Assembly (NCBI GenBank): GCA_050290185.1
Contig: JBNKHE010000002.1
Location: 1 to 64,000, forward strand
Reading direction: 5' to 3'
Length of the DNA: 64,000 nucleotides
DNA from: Pontiella sp.
GTDB taxonomy: Bacteria; Verrucomicrobiota; Kiritimatiellia; Kiritimatiellales; Pontiellaceae
The number at the start of each line of letters is the position of its first letter. The stretch's first letter is position 1. A program made the translations under genes and the position numbers. The notes beneath the pieces are model-generated. The model was not told the origin of the DNA, did no database searches, and saw nothing but the letters and a program-made list of their open reading frames with translations. Positions 58,565 through 64,000 of the stretch are shown piece by piece.

Positions 58565-60001
58565 TCATCCTTCCACGGGAATAAAGAGACTGGCGCACAC
58601 GCCGCCTTCAGGCCGGTTGGACAGCCGGATGTCGCCGCCGTGCAGCTTGGCGATTTCGCGGACAAAGTTGAGACCAAGACCGGAACCCTTCTTTCCGCCG
58701 TCGGGACGGGGCAGTGAATAGAAGCGTTCGAAGATGCGGTTGCGCGCATAATCGGGAATCCCCGAACCTTGATCGAGCACCTCGCAGAAAACAATGCCGC
58801 TTTCATTGCGCACCACCAATTCGACGATCGACTGCTCCGGCGAAAAATCGATTGCATTGCGCAGCAAGTTGGCCAACGCCTGCCGCAATAGGAAATATTC
58901 GCCGCACAGGGCTACATTATCCGGAATGTTTTTATGGATCTCGATCTGCCTCGCCTGCGCTACCGGCATGAGGCTGTCGATCACATCGTTCAACAGCTCG
59001 TGCACATCGATCGCCTCCGTATGCATCAGTCCCTTGCGCTTCTCCAGCGCGGCGAGCGAAAGCATGCGTTCAACCAAGCCCTGCATCCGTTCCGACTCGG
59101 AGCGGATGTTGTCGAGGAAGCGCTTCCGCTGTTCGGGGGTCATGTCCTCGTCCAGCAACTCGGCCGCGCCGCGTATGGCTGCCAAGGGACTCTTCATCTC
59201 GTGGGTGAGCGACTGGACATACTCCTCGACATACTGTTTGCCCTCCAGTGTATCGCGCATTTCCTCAAACGCGTTGGCCAGCTCGCTCATCTCGCCGCCG
59301 TGCCCGAGCTGGGGTCGCTTAACAGAACGCCCGTCGCGGATCGCCCGTGCATAGTCCGTCAGCGCGCGTACCGGCTGAATGATCCAAAGCGAAATGGGCA
59401 CGAGCATCAACAGGATGGCCGCGAAGGCGATCACGCACGAAACGACCAAGCGTTTACGGGCCTGCTGCATGAAGGGTGCAATGCTGCTCACGGGTTTGCC
59501 CACAGTCACCGCCCCGACAATCTCCCCGTCCACAATGACCGGTGCCGCAATGTAGAAATGAAAGCTGTCTAGATCGCCCTTGATGTCGTAGGAAGCCCGC
59601 GCCCCGTATTCCCCGGCCAGAGCCAAGCGGGTGTCCCGCCAATGGTATTCGTCACCTTCATCCAGTTTTCCGCGGGAATCGTAGAGCACCAGTTCAGCAC
59701 GGTTCACGATGATCACCCGCATGTTCATATTGGTTTTCGTAAAGTTGTAGATGTGGGCCGACAATTCACGGTTCCCGGCCCGCTCCAAGGCTTCATCGAA
59801 TGAAGAATCCAGCTTGATCTGGCCATCGGTTGCCTGCAAGGCCACCTGCTCGGCAAGAATCACCGAAGTGTCGACCATCGACTCCTCCATGGTGATGAAA
59901 TAATGCAGCCGCACATCGTGCACGATCCAGTCGACCAGCCAGTAGAATCCAATGGAAAGCAGGATCAGCGCGGTCAGCAGCAGGCGGGTCCGCATTTTCA
60001 T
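58565..60001 (-). CDS. creC: Two-component sensor histidine kinase CreC
   Basis: LEGKQYVEEYVQSLTHEMKSPL.AIRGAAELL, NAIDFSP and RIFERFYSLPRP. Confidence 0.93.
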   Translation of the reverse strand: MKMRTRLLLTALILLSIGFYWLVDWIVHDVRLHYFITMEESMVDTSVILAEQVALQATDGQIKLDSSFDEALERAGNRELSAHIYNFTKTNMNMRVIIVNRAELVLYDSRGKLDEGDEYHWRDTRLALAGEYGARASYDIKGDLDSFHFYIAAPVIVDGEIVGAVTVGKPVSSIAPFMQQARKRLVVSCVIAFAAILLMLVPISLWIIQPVRALTDYARAIRDGRSVKRPQLGHGGEMSELANAFEEMRDTLEGKQYVEEYVQSLTHEMKSPLAAIRGAAELLDEDMTPEQRKRFLDNIRSESERMQGLVERMLSLAALEKRKGLMHTEAIDVHELLNDVIDSLMPVAQARQIEIHKNIPDNVALCGEYFLLRQALANLLRNAIDFSPEQSIVELVVRNESGIVFCEVLDQGSGIPDYARNRIFERFYSLPRPDGGKKGSGLGLNFVREIAKLHGGDIRLSNRPEGGVCASLFIPVEG

Positions 60002-60705
60002 GCATTCACCTTCAAACAGTAGCCCCAGCCGCGGCGCGTCTGCAGGCAGTCGGCTTCCGGATCAATTTCACGCAACTTGGAGCGCAGGGTCTTGATGTGT
60101 GTATCGACCGTGCGATCCAGGCTAGACTCCGGTTCGTCCCATGCATGATTCATTAGCTGCTCGCGCGAAAACACCTGCCCGGGATGGCAGATCATCAGTT
60201 CCAACATACGGTATTCGTATCGGGAAAGCCCCAGCGGTCTCCCGTGGTAGTAGATATCCTTGCTCTTGGGATCCACCCGAAACAACGAAGGTGGCTCGGA
60301 TGGTGACGTATGGTTATGGTTGCCGTTGGTCCGGCGCAGAATGGCGCGGATGCGGGCGGTCAATTCACGCGGACTGAACGGCTTGGTCACATAATCGTCC
60401 GCCCCCAGCTCCAGACCAACGATCCGGTCGATCTCTTCCTCCCGCGCGGTCAAGAAGATGATCGGCACCTCTGATTTCGTGCGGATGCGGCGGCAAAAAT
60501 CAAATCCATTCTCGTCCGGCAATCCGACATCCAACACCACGAGATCGATAGACTGCCCCTCCAAAATCTCCCACGCTTCGCCGGCCATGCCGACGCAGAT
60601 GGGTTCCATGTTTTCGGTCCCGACCGCAAAGGCAATGTTTTCCGCGATCGACGGTTCGTCCTCGACGATCAGGATCTGATTTCTCGCAATGGGATTGGAT
60701 TCCAT
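59998..60705 (-). CDS. creB: Two-component response regulator CreB (OmpR family)
   Basis: VEDEPSIA, LDVGLPD, KPFSPREL and DRTVDTHIKTLR; coupled to creC. Confidence 0.88.
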   Translation of the reverse strand: MESNPIARNQILIVEDEPSIAENIAFAVGTENMEPICVGMAGEAWEILEGQSIDLVVLDVGLPDENGFDFCRRIRTKSEVPIIFLTAREEEIDRIVGLELGADDYVTKPFSPRELTARIRAILRRTNGNHNHTSPSEPPSLFRVDPKSKDIYYHGRPLGLSRYEYRMLELMICHPGQVFSREQLMNHAWDEPESSLDRTVDTHIKTLRSKLREIDPEADCLQTRRGWGYCLKVNA

Positions 60706-60814
60706 AATCGGCAGACTATAGGCACATCCTTTCAGCGTTTCCAGCTTGAACGCCAGACCGTTAGGGCGCGAGATTCTTGATCATGCTTCGAATCCTTCGT
60801 GGTGAATACCCGTA

Positions 60815-62251
60815 TCAGCGCAGGAAGAAGCTGCCGCCGGGCTGACGGGTTTCGCCGGCGGTGGTGACGCGGATGGCGGCGAGGTCGTTGACGGGACATT
60901 CGTGCTGGCAGAGACCGCATCCAATGCAACGTTCCGGGTTCACCCGAGGCTGATGGAGCTCGATCGTCTTTCCGTCCAGCTCCACGGTAACGGTTTCCTT
61001 GTAGATCGCCTTGGGCGAAACGGGACAGACCTCTTCGCAAACCATGCAGTTGCGGCCGAACGACCATGGCAGGCAGCGCGAGCGGTCGACAAACGCATTA
61101 CCGACCTTGACGGGCTCTCCGGTTTCCACACCATGTTTCTGTTCGATGGTCAAACGCTCGATGGCACCGGACGGACAGACCTGCCCGCACATGACGCAGT
61201 TGTATTCGCAATAGCCCCGCTCCAGATCCATCACCGGTGTCCATATGCCGGAAACACCCGCTTCGGTGAAGGCCGGACGAAGCACCCCGGTCGGACAAGC
61301 CTTCATGCATTCACCGCATTTGATGCAACGGTCGAGAAAATGCGGCTCGGCCAACGCACCCGGAGGACGGATGCGTTCGGGATAGCCATCGACCGCCTGG
61401 GATTTCAACGCAATCACCGTGGCACCACCGGCCACGGCCGTGCCGAAGAATGCGCGACGCGATACGCCGACTTCGCGGTTGAGCTCCTCTTCCTTCGGCA
61501 TCCATTGCCAGGCCAGTGCCTTCTCGGGGCAATCCTCGATGCAGTTCCAGCACATGAAGCATTCGGCCATGCGGGTCTTTTGATCGGGGCTGCATGCGCC
61601 GATGCAGTCGCGGTTGCATAGTCCGCAATCGGTGCATTTATGCAGATCGCGAACAACACCGCCGGGAATGAATTTGGACGCGGTCCCGAGCAACGCCCCC
61701 AACGGGCAGATGTAGCGACACCAGAAGCGAGGCTTCCACGCGTTCAGCAGGAAGAGCACGGTGAAGATCGCGATCAGCATCCAGCCGAGCCGCATGCCCG
61801 GCGATACCAGCGCCTGGCAGGTACGGGTCAGCAAAGCGATTGGATCGAACAGACCAACCTGCATGAAACCGAAGGCGCTAGAGAGGAGCAGCACAATAAG
61901 AATCAGATATTTGTAGATCTGTGCCGGACTGTGGAAATTCTGCCGGATACGGTCCTTCACCTTCTTCGGACGCAGCCAGCGCGATGCAAGATGGAACAAG
62001 GTACCGAGCGGGCAGATCCATCCACAGAAGAAGCGTCCAAGAAACGGCGTCAACACCAGAATCAGCAAACCGATTCCCATGGTGTAGGCGATGTTATGGG
62101 CAGACAGCAGTGTGCCGACCGCATTGAGCGCCGAGCTGTCGAGGAACAGTGTAACCGGATATCCCTTCAGCCAGCCCTGTGCCGTCAGTGTGAACGCGAC
62201 GACGAACAGGCCGAGGAAGAATCCCTGATAATAACGGCGCAGCTTTCTCAT
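60815..62251 (-). CDS. Membrane polyferredoxin (NapH/MauN-like 4Fe-4S binding protein fused to a NapG/MauM-like domain)
   Basis: GRFFCGWICPLG, RFWCRYICPLG, several CxxCxxCxxxCP motifs and RPPGA. Confidence 0.88.
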   Translation of the reverse strand: MRKLRRYYQGFFLGLFVVAFTLTAQGWLKGYPVTLFLDSSALNAVGTLLSAHNIAYTMGIGLLILVLTPFLGRFFCGWICPLGTLFHLASRWLRPKKVKDRIRQNFHSPAQIYKYLILIVLLLSSAFGFMQVGLFDPIALLTRTCQALVSPGMRLGWMLIAIFTVLFLLNAWKPRFWCRYICPLGALLGTASKFIPGGVVRDLHKCTDCGLCNRDCIGACSPDQKTRMAECFMCWNCIEDCPEKALAWQWMPKEEELNREVGVSRRAFFGTAVAGGATVIALKSQAVDGYPERIRPPGALAEPHFLDRCIKCGECMKACPTGVLRPAFTEAGVSGIWTPVMDLERGYCEYNCVMCGQVCPSGAIERLTIEQKHGVETGEPVKVGNAFVDRSRCLPWSFGRNCMVCEEVCPVSPKAIYKETVTVELDGKTIELHQPRVNPERCIGCGLCQHECPVNDLAAIRVTTAGETRQPGGSFFLR

Positions 62252-63222
62252 GAGGTTGCCTGCACCTTCTTGAACAGCTTCAGGTTTTCCTGACTCAACA
62301 CACCGAGTCCCAGCTTGGCGGCCATGGCCAGATAGGAAACATCGTTCGGATCAAGCCCCAGCAACTGCACACCAAAACAGTCGATCGCCACCTGGTCGGT
62401 GCCAGCCACAATCACATTGCCGGGTTTCACGTCGGACGGACTGCCGCCGGTCGGCCCATTCGACACCAGCAGGCGCGAGCCATCGAGTACCACGAGCGTC
62501 GGTGTGATGAACTGTCCCAGGTCTGCAATCACCTCGTTGATCGCCTGATGCAACCGGTTGCGCGGTCCGCCCAGCAGGCCATACCAGTTTTTCATGGTCA
62601 ATGTGGCCTTGCTGAGGTTGTGCGACTTGACGGTTGGAATTCCGATCAGTTTATCGGCCCAGTCGAGCGGACGATAGAGTGCCTCCCAGTCGGGAATCCG
62701 CAACGAACCCACCTTCACCTGTCCGAATAACGAAGCGGTCGGAAGCCATACCTCGCCGCCGGCGGAACCGACGGCATCCATCAGGCCGGACTTGACAAAG
62801 CACCCCTCGGGATTGTTGATCGGGTTGTCGATCACGCGCACCTGCGCACCGGCAGCCACGCATTGCCGGACGACTTCGGCCGTTACCTCCGGCGAGGTGG
62901 TGGCCCCGAGATGCGGAGGCCGATCGAAGGCGCAGTTGGGCTTGATTAAAACCCGGTCGCCCGCCCTGACGAAGCGCTCGATGCCACCGAGCTCCTGCAA
63001 CGCCGCGCGCACCGCCAACGCCGGGTCCGTGCCTTCGGCCACGGTCATCATGCCCTCCGTTCCGGGTACCGCAAACGAGGGAATAAGTTTGGCGGTTTCG
63101 CCGGAAGGAACCAGATTGCGGTTATGGAAGAACGCACCGACCGCAGCGGTTCCAGCGGCAAAGCCGGCGGCCGCACCCACGCGCTTCATAAACATTCTGC
63201 GTTCGGATGATGAATTATTCAT
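62248..63222 (-). CDS. DUF362 domain protein with a Tat-like signal
   Basis: ERRMFMK, GDRVLIKPN, KSH, TLTMKN.YG and D.VAID. Confidence 0.88.
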   Translation of the reverse strand: MNNSSSERRMFMKRVGAAAGFAAGTAAVGAFFHNRNLVPSGETAKLIPSFAVPGTEGMMTVAEGTDPALAVRAALQELGGIERFVRAGDRVLIKPNCAFDRPPHLGATTSPEVTAEVVRQCVAAGAQVRVIDNPINNPEGCFVKSGLMDAVGSAGGEVWLPTASLFGQVKVGSLRIPDWEALYRPLDWADKLIGIPTVKSHNLSKATLTMKNWYGLLGGPRNRLHQAINEVIADLGQFITPTLVVLDGSRLLVSNGPTGGSPSDVKPGNVIVAGTDQVAIDCFGVQLLGLDPNDVSYLAMAAKLGLGVLSQENLKLFKKVQATS

Positions 63223-64000
63223 TTTCTTCCATCCGCTCCTTCAAGATATTCCAATGGTCCATCAGTGCTTCACGCGAGGTCGCGTTCTGCACGCCCCAGA
63301 CCTGTCCATCGATCACGCCGGCGATGCTCCACGATCCAAACATAGAGCCCCCCGAAGCTCCGCCTTCCGTAAAGAGCTCTTCCCCGCCATACATCGCCAG
63401 CTCCTCGGAATAGGCCGCGACGGTTGCATCATCGCCCGCGGTGGTAAACCAGACGGCCGCATTACTGTTCAGTGAAACATCGACCGTGCGCACCTTATTG
63501 AACGAGGAAAACCCGAATGCATTCTCGGGAATAAAGCCCTCGGCATCGCCGGCTATATCGTTGCCCGCCAATGCGACCAGATCCACCTGATCTACACCGC
63601 TTTCGCCGTCCCCCGTTTGACTGAGATGCGGGATCAGCGCCTTGGCCAGTTCAATGGCGGGCGCGGTGTCCGCACCCGCGGTCAGCGCATTAAGCTGAAG
63701 ATAGTATGTCCCAACCGTCAACGCCACCTGACCGGGAAGCGTGTAGCCTTCCACGCCTTCAAGCGGTTGGCCTTCGACCGGCTTTTCCCCGTTGTACGAT
63801 CCGCGGGCCCCCTGCTCCGCCTCGAAGTGGTAGAGGTACATGTCCCAAAGCTGGCCGCTGGCTTCCCATTCACCGCTGCTGAGATCCATTGCGCCATATT
63901 GGAGATAGTAGTCGGACTTTCCGTTGATCTTCTCGAACATGCGGTCGGCGGGAAGAAAAACCCCGTCGGTCAGCACCCAGCTTCCTAAAGAAACGGGAAT
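63215..64000 (-). CDS. 5'-truncated hypothetical protein (DUF6599-like) of the DUF362 cluster
   Basis: Open frame to the window end; MFEKINGKSDYYLQYG pattern; overlaps the DUF362 start. Confidence 0.6.
   Translation of the reverse strand: MPVSLGSWVLTDGVFLPADRMFEKINGKSDYYLQYGAMDLSSGEWEASGQLWDMYLYHFEAEQGARGSYNGEKPVEGQPLEGVEGYTLPGQVALTVGTYYLQLNALTAGADTAPAIELAKALIPHLSQTGDGESGVDQVDLVALAGNDIAGDAEGFIPENAFGFSSFNKVRTVDVSLNSNAAVWFTTAGDDATVAAYSEELAMYGGEELFTEGGASGGSMFGSWSIAGVIDGQVWGVQNATSREALMDHWNILKERMEENE

Noticed and set aside
1..64000. CRISPR array, tRNA/rRNA, integrase or transposase, prophage
   Set aside because: No regularly spaced repeats, RNA-gene signatures or recombinase motifs were seen by eye; a covariance-model scan was not possible.

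Overview
A ~57-60% GC bacterial chromosomal window with no rRNA, tRNA, CRISPR array or transposase visible. Gene content suggests a PVC-group bacterium such as Kiritimatiellota/Pontiella (inference only). All family assignments come from motif recognition by eye; no searches were run. In order: (1) an ECF sigma / CBM48-bearing anti-sigma cluster with two small secreted RDGSC peptides, where the same TGTGAC-N16-KTGTA promoter precedes the sigma operon and each peptide gene; (2) an ArsR-controlled MMPL + LolA-like + outer-membrane barrel module; (3) an HPr gene behind a leader-peptide attenuator; (4) an 11-gene minus-strand cluster (9.7-22.2 kb) combining two SBP-OmpA fusions, a vWA protein, a membrane coiled-coil protein, PspA/IM30, a TauABC-type ABC system, a AAA+ ATPase and a RaSEA-like radical SAM enzyme, which is the best candidate for an uncharacterised system; (5) a PL11 lyase and a kinase-aldolase fusion; (6) gltBD, rsgA, apt, deoB and other housekeeping genes; (7) a second ECF module flanked by a duplicated DUF504 gene whose second copy is frameshifted; (8) creBC-creD coupled directly to alpha-2-macroglobulin and pbpC, with a four-repeat cre-tag; (9) DUF362 and polyferredoxin genes.
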